Below, one piece after another: positions 51,908 through 64,000 of a DNA stretch of 64,000 bases (position 1 is the first letter of the stretch; each line of letters starts with the position of its first letter). The notes beneath the pieces were generated by a model that had not been told where the DNA came from, ran no database searches, and was given only the letters and a program-made list of their open reading frames with translations. Origin of the DNA: Ascidiella aspersa (taxonomy: Eukaryota). Where the stretch lies: NCBI GenBank assembly GCA_963924565.1, contig OZ004608.1, forward strand, positions 32,860,001 through 32,924,000. Reading direction: 5' to 3'. The position numbers and the translations under genes were made by a program.

Positions 51908-52411
51908 CACTGGTCGCGAACCTTTTTAGCTAAGGGAGCCATAAAAGCCGAATAGTCTTGGTTGTATTTCTATGAAAGCCATATAATATTTGTTTACATC
52001 TACTTAGAGGTTGGAAAAAATAGGAATTTAAACTGGGCCTTTTATTTTGTTCTTATTTAAAATACAGCACATACTAAGAACGACAAAAATCAATTAGCTA
52101 AGTTTGCACGACTTGCATTGCGGTGTCGGAAGAGCAAGGCCTTTTGGATATAAAAAGATTTTATCAAACGAGATAACAGTCCCGAAAATACAAAAAGAAT
52201 TCGTGCGAATTGCCGAAAAATTTACTACTATATGTGTGTAAAAAAGGAAAAATAATGTTAGGAAATCGGCCGTGACCGCGTGGAGTTTATTCAAATCATG
52301 CTAAAAAAAAATAATGGCTTAGATTTATCTGCGAGCACGATTTTTTCATCAAAACAGCCATATAAGGTCACAAAAAAGTCATATATGGCAGCCATAGGTT
52401 CCCGACCCCTG
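51908..52411. mobile_element. Older non-autonomous hAT element
   Basis: Degenerate TIRs cactggtcgcgaacc / ggttcccgacccctg. TSD CCTCACAG / CTTTACAG (2 mismatches). agccata subterminal repeats. Confidence 0.7.
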
Positions 52412-53420
52412 CTTTACAGCAACCCTTGATTGATTTTGACTTATCTCCGATGAAATGGTTCACTCTTTTACCTATAGTATTAGAACCCTTTATCTTTATT
52501 TGTTTTGGGGAATAACGGCTGGAGGTTCTAGTAAGACGTAATCAGTACATCAAAGCCCATACAGAAGTAGGGATTATTTGAATTTTTGAATAGCTTTTCA
52601 AACATTAATGTTGATATTCTTATTTACGTTTTAATTGTCTTTTGCACTGAAAACCTTCTGGCATCATCACTCAGAACATGTTTTTTTTTTTATAAATTCC
52701 TATTTTGATTATAACTCAGTCAGTTGACTTACGTGCTGACAATTTTTTAGGGCTTTTATACACTTATTTTTCGTAAAATTATCTATAACAACAGCAACGA
52801 CAGTTAAAGTTAACAGTAAAGGGTAGAACATTGAAAACCTAAAATGTCGGAACGAGTTTGTTTAACGATTTAAAGAAAGCAATAACGTTTTTTTGCATTC
52901 AGGGTATTTAATTGTACTTAAGTTTTCAAACCTTTTCATTTATTATCAAAAGCTATCTTACGCTTAGCTACCAAACTCATTTTGCGTAAAATCACACTGT
53001 CCGCATTGTTTAACTTGTAAGAATCGCAAAACGTCAATTTACTGTCGTTGTAGGAATGGCAAAACATCAATCAGCTGTCGTGATTTTTTGTGATCATACA
53101 TGACCGAAACTCTAGTACTAGAAGTACAAACAGGATGCCGAAATTTGGTAATGTAAGACCCACAGTAGCAAAGTTGCACTCTTCAATGTAATATACTACA
53201 GCATATGTAATAGAAGAAACTATACACACACAAATACAATGGCAGTCTGTAGCAAAATAACAAACCATTACAATGGTTTAGGCGCGTAGTTTTACGTATT
53301 ACTGCAGAGTATTGTATCCTTCCAGGATTGAATTGATTGCTTTTTTGGAATCTGTGGATTTATCCAAACTCTACCCTTATTCCTAGTAGTCATTTTTACA
53401 GCGTTTTTGTTATTTTGCAG

Positions 53421-53520
53421 GTGACCAGGTGGCCTGGATTTTACCTTTCACGTCTGGAGGTTTCATTTACGTTTCGCTCTGTACAGTCGTGCCCGATATA
53501 TTGCAAGAAAAGTCGCCAAA
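53421..53520 (+). CDS. SLC39A13: ZIP13 coding exon 7
   Basis: ttttgcag| DQVAWILPFTSGGFIYVSLCTVVPDILQEKSP, then AA|GTAAGT. Phase 1 to phase 2. Confidence 0.96.
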
Positions 53521-54012
53521 GTAAGTCATTTTTCGAGCTAAAAAGTAAGATTTGAAAACGAATGTCAAAGTAAAATAATTTGTATTACTTCGTCATATCG
53601 TATTGTCATGTCGTAGTATAGCTTAACCTTTGGCAACCTGTCGAACCCCTATGTTATTCTGCAAGCGTTCGTCGAACCCAAAATTTTCGCTCAGTATTCA
53701 TTTCTTCCTTCTAGCAGCTGAAACTGGGCATATTCAAATTATAAACTTGCATTTATGTAGGTCAAATTGGCTAAATGTTCAATTTATAACGTCACATGAC
53801 ACCTCTTGGCGCATAAAAGAGATTCGAATTTAGCTTGAAATAACAGCATTTATGTTTCAGAGGACGTTCTCGCCGAACCCTTGAAACAGCTTCGTCCAAC
53901 CCCAAGGGTTCAATCGAACGCTGGTTAAGAACCACGGTCGTAGTTAAACACTCGGCCTGTACAATTTAAACGCGCTGACCTCGTATAACGTTTCATGTTC
54001 GTGTTTTTCCAG

Positions 54013-54085
54013 GGAGTCGTGTATTCAAATGGCGATCATCATTTCGGCAATCGGCATTATGCACGCTGTAAGCTACGTCGGCTGA
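54013..54085 (+). CDS. SLC39A13: ZIP13 coding exon 8 (TM8 and stop)
   Basis: tttttccag|G then ESCIQMAIIISAIGIMHAVSYVG*. Spliced CDS is 1287 nt = 428 aa. Absence of a His-rich N-terminus favours ZIP13 over ZIP7. Confidence 0.9.
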
Positions 54086-54318
54086 ACACCGAGCATTGCT
54101 GCTGCTGTTTCCTTCTTCAACAAACCAAACTCCGCGCCCACCCAACCGGAACAGGCCACTCCACGCTCCGCTGATTTCTGGTCTGTCGTCATGACTGCGT
54201 GGGTTTGGTTTAGCCGAGGAAAACAAACAGATGCGATAAGTCGCAAACGCAATCCAATATCAATGCGCAAATGTCTTGTTCACGTTGCCATTTATTGATC
54301 AGATATCTAGTTCTACAA

Positions 54319-54562
54319 CAGGGGTTCTTAAAACATTTTTGGTGCTGACGTCATGAATTTGCGTCATAAAACAAGTGGACATGAGAAACCAGCTGTTTTC
54401 GGTCCAAATAATTTGAAACTTGAATAGAGCTCAAATGTTTTCGAAAATAATGTGCCAAAAAATATTTTAAATTACTTTTTTTCTTTAAGAAAAATTCATT
54501 CCATTTTTTAATAATACACGATTTCTATTCGGCATTCATGGACCCAAGTTTAAGAACCCCTG
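54319..54562. mobile_element. Short hAT-like MITE
   Basis: Perfect 14-bp TIR CAGGGGTTCTTAAA. The same terminus occurs at 55067-55080 and ~61830-61844. TSD not conserved. Confidence 0.75.
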
Positions 54563-57500
54563 TACTGAAACGCTGCTTAACGACCCACAAACAAATACCG
54601 TAATGTTAGGTGTCTTCAAAGTTTTAAAGACACCAGTACAATGGGTATTATGTGACAGCGTTAATTTTAGCTCAGGGAAGTGGTAATATAAGTTGGGCGT
54701 GTGTCTTTAATTATCCAGATTGTTGTGATTTTCGCTGACCCTAAACAATGTGTATCCGGTTGTTTTGCTTTTGTAAAGTTACTGTAACCCTTTAAAGACA
54801 AAATTCACAGAAAATAAATTGGACCTACTGGGCGAATGAAGAGATTTAAATTAAAAAGCAAAAAAAAATAATTTTGTATTATAACGTTCCTAGAACCTGC
54901 TGTTTTCGGCCGAAAAGTCTAAATACATTTATTGCTAAAACTTTTTTTATATTAAACTCTTTTCTTTTGAAAAAATCATCACTTTTGCAATGATTTACTA
55001 ATACTTTGAGGGCCTTCATGAGCCCCTTAAAACTAGTTGATGTACCCCATGGGTACGGGGACCCAGTTTAAGAACCCCTGTTCTAGGTGTACCCTTCGAA
55101 GCAAAAGCGTTTTGATTCATTTCTTGTTTGATGCAAAACTTTTTTTAAAGTTTGCCTTGATTAAGTGGCGTCGGACATACGTATGTCTTTTCCGTTATTT
55201 GTGCCTAACTTTATTTGCCTTTGCAGTTTGGTTAATTTGCCCCTCAAGCACTTTTAGGCGTTTAGATATTTTTTCGCGCGCAGTTGCCCAAATTTTTTTC
55301 AAGTTTATAAAAAACAAACAATGCCATTGAGATCAAATATTGAAACAACCTTGTGTTGTGCGAAATTTCGTTTTGTTACATGGCGACAGCACATTTTGTA
55401 TTTCCAAATGCAGTGATCGCAAATTCTTTTCGATTGAAAGTTTTAGTTGACAATGTGTAAAGCAGGTATAAATCATCGGTAACTGCCCAGTCGTTGTAAA
55501 TTGTTAACGCATTGTATACGCCGCATATCATTGCATTTATTTACAATGGGGTGAATAATTATGCATTACTAAGCGTTAAAAGCAATATATCAAACCACCC
55601 ACAGCCATCCGATAAAACACGCCACTGCTTGTGCAACTTTAATTAACTTTGGTTTACAGTGTCGATGTCCGTCCCCGCTTGATTGCGGCTTGCTATTATA
55701 TTGCAGCTATTTCTAGTGTTATAAGGCCTATCCTCTCTACTGAGTCAACGAGCAACCGATGTTCGTTCGTGTCCTGACTTCTCAGTGCAGCTTGCTTGCC
55801 GTATGGACAACTAAAAGTGCAATCTCGTATCGTCTTAGTGGTATAGTTCGTCCGGTAGTTTACAAACTAGTTCTATAGCTGCCGTGTTTATTTCTTTATT
55901 AAGTCTCGAATATGCGAGCGAAAAAAGTATTTAAATCTAATTTTTTTTTTTTTTTGAACAAATTTTAATTTTTTTGTTTCCCAATCCACGACGTTCAGTG
56001 TGGTGTTAACTGCGGTAAAAAATCGTTCCAAATGCCAAATTTACTTTGTGGAATAATTCATTTTCGACATGAACTAAAACATGTTGCATCAGCCGTTAAT
56101 ATCAGCCACGTTCCCACAGAAAAAATAGTAAAGTTCATTGTGTAAAAACAACAAAATCGATTCGCCACACGTGCGTTTTAGGTGATATGTTTTGTTCGAA
56201 GCACTGAGATTGTCAATGTTTTGAACGGAATTGCGGATGTGATCTGTGCAAACGCCCACCATTTACTACCGGTTGTTTTTTTGTTTATGTTGTCAGTTGG
56301 TCCCACGCCCCTTGAATTTAGCGTGCCAAAATATTGGTGCCTTAAACTCGTAAAATGCAGTTTCTGTTGCTACTTAGATTTTGAACTAAGCGCCTTATTT
56401 GCTTCCAGTTAGCAAAAAGTGTCATTTTAAGTTTAAATGTCTACTATAAAACACCCTAACCCTAATTTTGCTATTTTACGCAACTTTTAAGTTGGTTCAA
56501 TCAGTCAATGTTTGAGTATGTAGTTCTGATAGAAAACGTTTATTAAAGCATTTAATTTCTGATGTAAAAAAGTTCTGGAATCGCATATTTTACAGATAAC
56601 ACAGGCACGCTTGGGCTACAGATGATTTTGTTATCTGCAAATCTTCACACGTCAATACAATGTAATATAGACGAAGTGCAAAAACACTGAAAAAAAATAT
56701 TGTCCCTCTAAAAAACCCGGCCTTTTTACAATTCGCCAAGCGAACGCCAAACAAGTCAATACATATAGTTTCGGTTGTCGTCCGTAAATTCCAGGCTTTG
56801 CGTCATTTGCTAGTCTTGCCAGCAATGCACCCCATATCATCCTATGGCTTTGTATCGCTTCCTATCCCCAAAGTGTCAGCTTGTTGGCTTCCTGGCTTCT
56901 TGAACTAGCCGTTTGTCGCCTGGGCGCCTTGATTATAGGCTTTGTCAAATTACCTCGCCCTGCTGTTATTCACGCGAGCCAAGGGTTGTGTGCTTTTGCG
57001 GGGATGACGGGTTTGCGGTCTTGAAGTTGCGCGTTTTAAGAGTTGTGGATTGGTTTATTGGCGTTGTTTTAAAACAAGAAAATAAAACGCTGGCGTATTG
57101 GGTAATAATTTCACCACCGACTTAAGACAGCATTTCTCAACCCATGGATCGCCGTTTAATTTGACTGGGTCGGTAATTCTATATGGTTACATTTATTTGG
57201 ATCGGTTGTGAGAACGATTTGTCCAACACAAAATAAAATCTCGGAGGCAATACGAACACACGGATCATATTAATTATCCGAACTCATTTATGCTTATTAA
57301 TCCTATGTTTTGTCTGCTTAGATAAACTTGATTCGGCCGCCTGCTGCATTAGTATTATATAGTTAGATATATTTAGATTTGGTTGTGAATAAGGTTTGTC
57401 CAATAGTTGAAATAATTGCGGAAGCAAAACGAACATATGGATATTAATTTTATGCGAATTTTTTTATCTTATGTTTTGTTTGTTTCATGAGCGTTTAGTG

Positions 57501-59483
57501 AATAGAATTGGTTGCCAAAACTTCGCTGCTATGCGTAAACTTAGTATTTGTGTCGCGACAAAAATAGATTGATAAACATTTACATAAGATGATTCGCTAA
57601 ACTGCTCAAAGTTACTGTTTGTTTTTTTAAATACTTTCGAGAAAAACCTAATGTTTTCGGCGTGGCCACTGTTAGTTTCGTTCATCGAGTGAGAGTGTCT
57701 TAAAAGCAAGGTTTATTTTTTGTTTTTTTGTAAACTTTCGTTTTCTCGTTATTCCGTCCGTGCAATAAATATCAGTGTACATTACCTTGATATGCTTTTC
57801 TCCTTCTCTATTACGCTTTGTTCTCTACTTTTGGGGTAATTTCTTTAACGTTTATGCCGTAATACTGTTTTTATGTTCTTCAGCAGTTTTTTCAACTAAT
57901 TAAAGCCAAAAACGCATTTTTTACTCGCTCAACAAGATAAAATCAGCACTGTTGCTATTCGAAGCACCCACCCACAGTTCAAGTATCTATACATCCGAAG
58001 TTTTTCTGTTTTATTTTGTTTTGGGTTATGTCCCAGTGAAACAAATGCGCTACACATGTTAAACAATGTCTGACTTTAACGATAAGAAAGTGCCCGACGG
58101 CTGCTGTTTTCACTAAAATTGATTTTAATAGTGATTTTCTCTCTTTAAATTTTCAGCAGAGTATATTTCTGTGCATTTGAACGTCAATATTTGCAACGAA
58201 TAAACTAGCTATTTTGCTCGATAAGCAACTTACAGGATAAAATGACCTCTGACGATATTTGTTAATTGACAAGGAATTCACCGATGTCCTTGTTCTATTA
58301 AATTTCCGATTAAAGTGTTCTAATGGTTTTCTATTTTGCAAAAGTGTTGACGCTTATGTAAAAAACTGTCGACTTTTGCAAACCGTCGCTCAGACCATTT
58401 CTGTATCGTTTTTATCGCCCTTGTGTGACCAATTGGGATTTATTAAGGAATAAAATACAACAAAAACGACACCGTGTCTTGTTTCCGCCCATTATACTTT
58501 CTTTCTGTTCAAAAATAGGAAAGTCAAACTAGATTTTACTTCCAATAAAACTACGACAAAGGTTCCATCGCAAAGTTAAAAATGGTAACGTAAAGAATGG
58601 TTTTAAATAAGAGTGTTAACCAAATAATCGAACTGTGCGGTGTTCATAAGGTTACTTCTGTGACGTCACTTTTAAATTGTGACGTAACCTTGTGACGTCA
58701 CGGTAATGTGAGGCAACTTTATGACGTAACTGTGTGACATTATCTCTGAAAAAATGTCGTGGCCCCTGAAACAAAATTCCTAGATCCGCGCCTGTCTGGT
58801 ATAGGGCTAATTTACTGAACCAATTATAAACTTCTTTCCAGGACGACTAGGTGACGTTTTTGAAGAACTGCAAAAGAGAAGGATCCTACGGAGCTGAGCA
58901 GCGGAACAATAAATCTCCTTATGATTAGAGACGTTATGTGTTTCGCACCACAAAGATTTAGGCGAATTTACTGGACTTGGGGAAAATGATGTATAATTGT
59001 ATCCCGGTTGTAAAGCATACAACAACTCGTCTTTACGATTTTAACGACCATGGTGTGGTAATAAGGCCCAACTAAGTAATAAAACGACTGATTTTGCGAG
59101 AGTATGAACCTCCAATGTAGTGAAAAGGAGTTTTTCCGGTACTGATTCATCCGACATTTAAGCTAAATAAAGGGTGTCTTTATAAGGGAGTTGAAAAATA
59201 ACATTCCAACGGAGTACTAAAACGTCTGATTTTGCTACAGACTTCAACCTTAAATGTTGTAAAAAGAACAAGCGCTTCATTGCAGACCCGTTTCTATTCT
59301 CGTTGGGTAACGTTTACCAAGAAAAAGTTTTACAGTTCCGTTGGCGAAGAATAGGGTAATTCGACATCCTTCTCGCAGTTGGGTCGCGCAAGTATGTTTG
59401 CCGAAGTCCTTTTCCATACACCCGAAATCTAATTTTACGTTGTAGAATAAAAGTGGTAAATTTGATGTTAGCTTTTGACATAT

Positions 59484-59817
59484 CAATGGTTCTCAACCTT
59501 TTTTCTTTGGTGGCCCATTTACGTTGCAAAAAAAAATCTGTGGCCCAATAGTTTTATGAAAGAAAAAACTGTAAAATAGGTTTAGAACAAAATACAGCAG
59601 AACATAATTTCAAAACAGATTATTTATTCAACCGTGCATTAGTGAGATACTTTCGGCTGAACAATAAATTTACATTCCTTTTTAATTCCCCCCCCAAGCC
59701 ATTTTTCGTGTAAAATTAAATATAGTGACACAAATAAATTTTAAATTGGTCTGTGGCCCACCTCAAATGTTTTTATGGCCCACCAGCGAGCCATGGCCCA
59801 CTGGTTGAGAACCGCTG
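59484..59817. mobile_element. hAT MITE, reverse-orientation copy of the 38420 family
   Basis: TIRs caatggttctcaacc / ggttgagaaccgctg. Interior is the reverse complement of 38420-38706 and 22119-22400. Confidence 0.88.
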
Positions 59818-62674
59818 GACTAAATGAACGTTTAAAAACGAACGCATTTTTGTGTTGCTTTCTAAGTTGCTGTTAAAAGTTAATAGTGAATACGGTATAT
59901 AGATGTCAGATAATATCGAATCGGAACGGATCCTACAATTACTCACGCCGTATGTTGCTTTTGGTTCTTCTGTCATTTCTTTTTTACTTTTAATTTTAAT
60001 TGCTACCAACCAGTTTACGTGTGGGCGTTGTTTTGTTGTTATTTTCGAGAGGCCGATGATGCCTTATTTTGTGGGGAAATACATTTCTCTTTTGAATGAC
60101 TAGAACCTATTAATGGCTGACTGAGACAAAGACATAAAAGTGTAATAAAAAATTATTGCAATTATCTGCGTGACCCTAAAAAAACAAGCAATTCTGTAAA
60201 GTTTAAAAAACACAATTTACAGAAAAATGGACTAAATGGGCAAATAGAGCCCTACAATTAAATTGAAAAACAAAACCTACGATTTGTTCCAATAACTGTG
60301 TCTTGGTTTATTGGCGTTTTTTTAAGGTGTAAAGTTGTAAGCTAAAATGATAAAGAACTCTTTGCAAACCCTCCTGCATACAACTTTTTTTAATGCTATT
60401 GTGTGATCAATTGGGATTTACCACAAATTAAAATACAACAAAAACGAAATGGAGTCTTATTGTTTTTTTTTTCAGACGTGACGTGAAGCTTTTGCGTTCT
60501 TTAGTATATATATGTTTTGTTGAAATAGGGGCGTTAAAGCAGCTTGTTCAACCTAAGGACTTCTTGTTTAATCTATGGACGAAAAAAGCTTCAGCACAAA
60601 ACATTAATATAGCAGCTTAAAAAAGGTTTCAAATCACAGTGGGTAAAAATGTTCCACATAGCGACAATTTAGCATTTTTTTTATCATTCATGGCTCTTTG
60701 TAGATCTGGGTGTAATGACTTAAGTGCGGTCGTCCGTGAACCGAACTTCTATTCAGGGATAGTTCGCTAGGTGGGAGTTAGCAATGATATTCTCCTTATT
60801 ATGGCGGTAAAGGCCATTGGTTCTTAACCTTTTATGGCTAGTGGCACACCTCAGAAATAATAAATAGATTGCGGCACCCCCACAAGATTTCTCCGTAGGT
60901 AATTCACTAGAATGTCACAAAAAACGGAACTGGAACAACACACATCAACTCTACACAATGTAGGATGCTTTAATTTGATTTATTCCACTCTAATATTACA
61001 CAAAAAGTTGAATTGAGAAGGACTGATATATGCCAATAAATCACGGGTTTAAATCATACATGATTTCGATGTTATCCTTTTAAGGTGTGCCGCTGTGCGT
61101 ATGCCGTTTCCCATTTTTCATTTTCCGTTAGACGGCGCTGTCATCTGTGAATGACCAAGATTTGAACGTCAGTGAATTATTTAGATTAAACAAATACTGA
61201 GCACATCTGTTTCATCATGCACAAATTCCAGGACACTTTACATGATGAATCGCGGCAGCAAGTTTTTTAAAAAAAAAGAAGTAGAAAAAAAGAGGCCTAC
61301 ATGCAGTAGGCCTAGTTTATATTTTAATTTATGTTGCTGTAATTGGGCAACTACCGAAAAACATTATCAACACGATTTTTTCAGTAGATTTGCTGGATAG
61401 TTCTAGGATGCAATAAAAATATGGGGCACCTATTTACTATTTTTTTCAACGAACAATCGTAAAAACACTTTTCAGGGTAACTCCATAAGTGAAGTATGAA
61501 ATGTACTCACTTTATAGTTAAGTTCCACCGAGACAATAGGCCCCACTCGGGCAATTGATACCACTGTCTGCTGTATATTCGCTTTATTGCAAAATGTAAA
61601 AAAAAAGAACGATGGTTTTGGTTTTAAAGGTTATAAAGGGTCATAGTATACAGCGATTGTTAAACCTTTTTCGACGCGGACCTCTAGAAAATATTTTATT
61701 TCGTGTGAAATTTTTAAAGATGACGTCATACATTGAAGGCCTAAAATCAGTGTCGAAAAATGTTAAAGTTTTCATAGATCTGAAAACCTGAAACTAGTCC
61801 GAATGGCCTCAAGGGGTTCACGGGCCCCGTTTTAAGAACCCTTGTCTTAGTTTATGAAACAAGGTTACTCTCATTACGATGTGGTGTACGGTAGCGACAC
61901 GACAAGGCCGTCGCTTGCCTGATTAAATATTAATACCATCTAGTTGTACGGGAATTTTCAGCATTAACAAACATACAACAAAGTGGTTTTCAGTGCATAA
62001 CAGCACATAAGGTTTATATCGTTATGGTGACTTCGATGTATCATCAGAACACGACTTAAGCGCAACACAATATATAGCGGTCCGAGTGTGTATATTGAGA
62101 GAACGTTAGTCATAGTTTTATGTGAGTTAACATGAAAAATAGTAGGTGGCCTAGTTTCACCTTAATCCAGTGTTGTAATAATAACGGGCTGGGAAACGGA
62201 TCAAAAGAGGCAATATTTTCTGATCAAGGGTATTACATGACAAAAAAACTTGTTAAAAATGTATTCATTTCTCTTTTCGAGTGGCCAGTCAACCCTTCCC
62301 GGGAACACATTAGTCATCGAAAATCACGAATGACATGCGCTGGACTGCAGACCGCACGAATTGCGATGCAGCAAAACGAAAACGCAGTTTCCTAGTATCG
62401 AATAGGCCTTCTGTCTCGAATGCAGTTCATGTAGGTTTAGTTGAAAATGACCGGCCTTTATTACTGTCCTTTACGTACTTTTATCTTTAAATTAGTCCAG
62501 AGAGAGTAATATTGTTAGGGCTTTGACAAATCGCAAACAACCTATTAAGAACTCTTCACGAAGACAATGATAAGCGTTAGATATAGTGTAATATTTTATT
62601 CGCCGGCGTAAAATACTTTAGGCAAAGAGTTTATTTACAATTTGTATGTGAATCATATTATTGGTGCAATACGC

Positions 62675-62975
62675 AGCAGGTATGTGTTTGCAAGAATCCT
62701 ATTGGCGATTTATAAATCCACCTCAAAACACCGCAGATGTTAAGACTGGACTATGGATAAGCAGGACATCATATCCAACATGTTATTAATCCAAAGTGCG
62801 CAATCAGCTGTACATTTCGTTTTTCCTGAGACAGGTTTCTCATTAATACTTCATCTTCAAGTAGGTTTAGGAAAAACAAACTTGTACCAGGCAGAGAGCA
62901 GTTTCACTGAAGGAGAATTCAAAACATGGATTTCTCGATCGCACGAAGAGATAATGTCAGGTTATATTGCCACTT
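62675..62975 (+). mobile_element. Possible decayed hAT (Buster/SPIN/GTF2IRD2-like) transposase fragment
   Basis: QAESSFTEGEFKTW...EEIM resembles the KPFTxGEFxKxCM motif of these transposases. An upstream VCVCKNPI...IHLKT resembles the zinc-finger segment. Resemblance judged by eye only. Confidence 0.3.
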
Positions 62976-63502
62976 AATGCACTTAACTACTCCAGATTTT
63001 AGATTTTTTCTTTTCACCCAAGTCCGCTATTAATTTCCACGAACACTTCGCGGTTAAGTGTTAGCAGATGCTGAAAATAAATTTCTACAAATTGGATACC
63101 ACCCATTGAGAAAACTTGTTTTTTCTAAATCAAACATTTTACAACTTGAAAAGCTCTCTAAGTTTTTAAACAGACCATTTCTGGAAACAATGGACTATTT
63201 ACAAGGTGATTGTTAATTTAAAACGTGTTGTTGTTTTTTTTCAACAAAAACATGTGTTTAGAATTAGACCAAAGTTTCTTAATAAGTAAAACTTCCTAAG
63301 ACCCTGGAGGTTTAACAGTGTTAAACAAATCATTCCCGTTGTCAACGCATTTGTTGAAGTTGGTGTGTCTTTAAGGTTTTGCTTGCATTTATTTTACCAT
63401 TGGCATACAGAAAAGAAAAAAATTACAAGTATAAATAAAACTAGGGAGAATTGATGGAGCCCAGTACCCCAGCTTTTAAACGCTGGTTGAGGCCATATTA
63501 AT

Positions 63503-63917
63503 CGGTGTTGTAATGACTTAAGTCAACGACTGGTTTTCAAATGACTTGACTTAAGTCTTTCGGACAAATTACTTGACTTGACTTGACTTGAATTAAGTCT
63601 TTTGGCCACATGACTTCTGTAATTCTCTTTTTAATAAAATTGAGCTATTATCCAAATTTTCGCACATAATACAATTTTCTTGCTATATGTTGCGTTTTTC
63701 TCTTATGTTTTAGTTCAGTAATTGCTCATAATCGTACGAGTTTAAAAACTCCAATAGTTCAACGTTTTATTTTTACGACACGGACGTGACTTGAAATTGA
63801 CTTGGACTGGGACTTGACTTGTTATTTATTCGAAACGACTTGACTTTGAATTAAGTTATTTTACAAATGACTTGACTGGGACTTAAGTCATTTTAAAATG
63901 ACTTGTTTACAACACTG
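63503..63917. mobile_element. CAGTGTTGTAA-family hAT-like MITE, full length
   Basis: TIRs cggtgttgtaa / ttacaacactg. Perfect 8-bp TSD ATATTAAT (63495-63502, 63918-63925). gacttgact subterminal arrays. Confidence 0.9.
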
Positions 63918-64000
63918 ATATTAATAGCCCTCCTTCAGTATATGCACAAATTTGGCGTCGCAAATATGATTGAAGACGTGAAAAACACGAACTGGGCTTC

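Noticed and set aside
58807-59157. Minus-strand frame of ~116 codons with one internal stop
   Set aside because: No recognisable homology or splice context; cannot be separated from chance without a search.
2351-61314. Apparent abundance of TAGGCTA/TAGCCTA motifs
   Set aside because: My rough count is not clearly above chance for this base composition; it needs a formal k-mer test.

Overview
Eukaryotic, AT-rich, MITE-dense animal genomic DNA. A compact invertebrate genome such as an ascidian is a plausible guess but cannot be proven from sequence. There is one 135-N assembly gap. Four intact protein-coding genes are supported: (1) an intronless PPWD1 (WD40 + cyclophilin); (2) 478 bp downstream on the same strand, a two-exon gene fusing an N-terminal RWD domain to a YGR210C/archaeal-type OBG-family GTPase (554 aa after splicing); (3) a minus-strand PP1 glycogen-targeting subunit (PPP1R3B/C-like); (4) an 8-coding-exon LIV-1 zinc transporter SLC39A13/ZIP13 (428 aa). 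An unprocessed pantothenate kinase (PANK1-3 type) pseudogene, mostly missed by the ORF track, lies at 34962-40624. Five exon remnants carry frameshifts, a nonsense codon and two dead splice donors, interleaved with transposon insertions. The rest holds many non-autonomous hAT elements with 8-bp TSDs, a Merlin-like MITE, SINE-like heads, tandem arrays and a 90-bp palindrome. The best leads are the RWD-OBG GTPase fusion, its possible operon with PPWD1, and the PANK pseudogene with an embedded hammerhead-like motif. Family assignments come from recalled motifs, not database searches.
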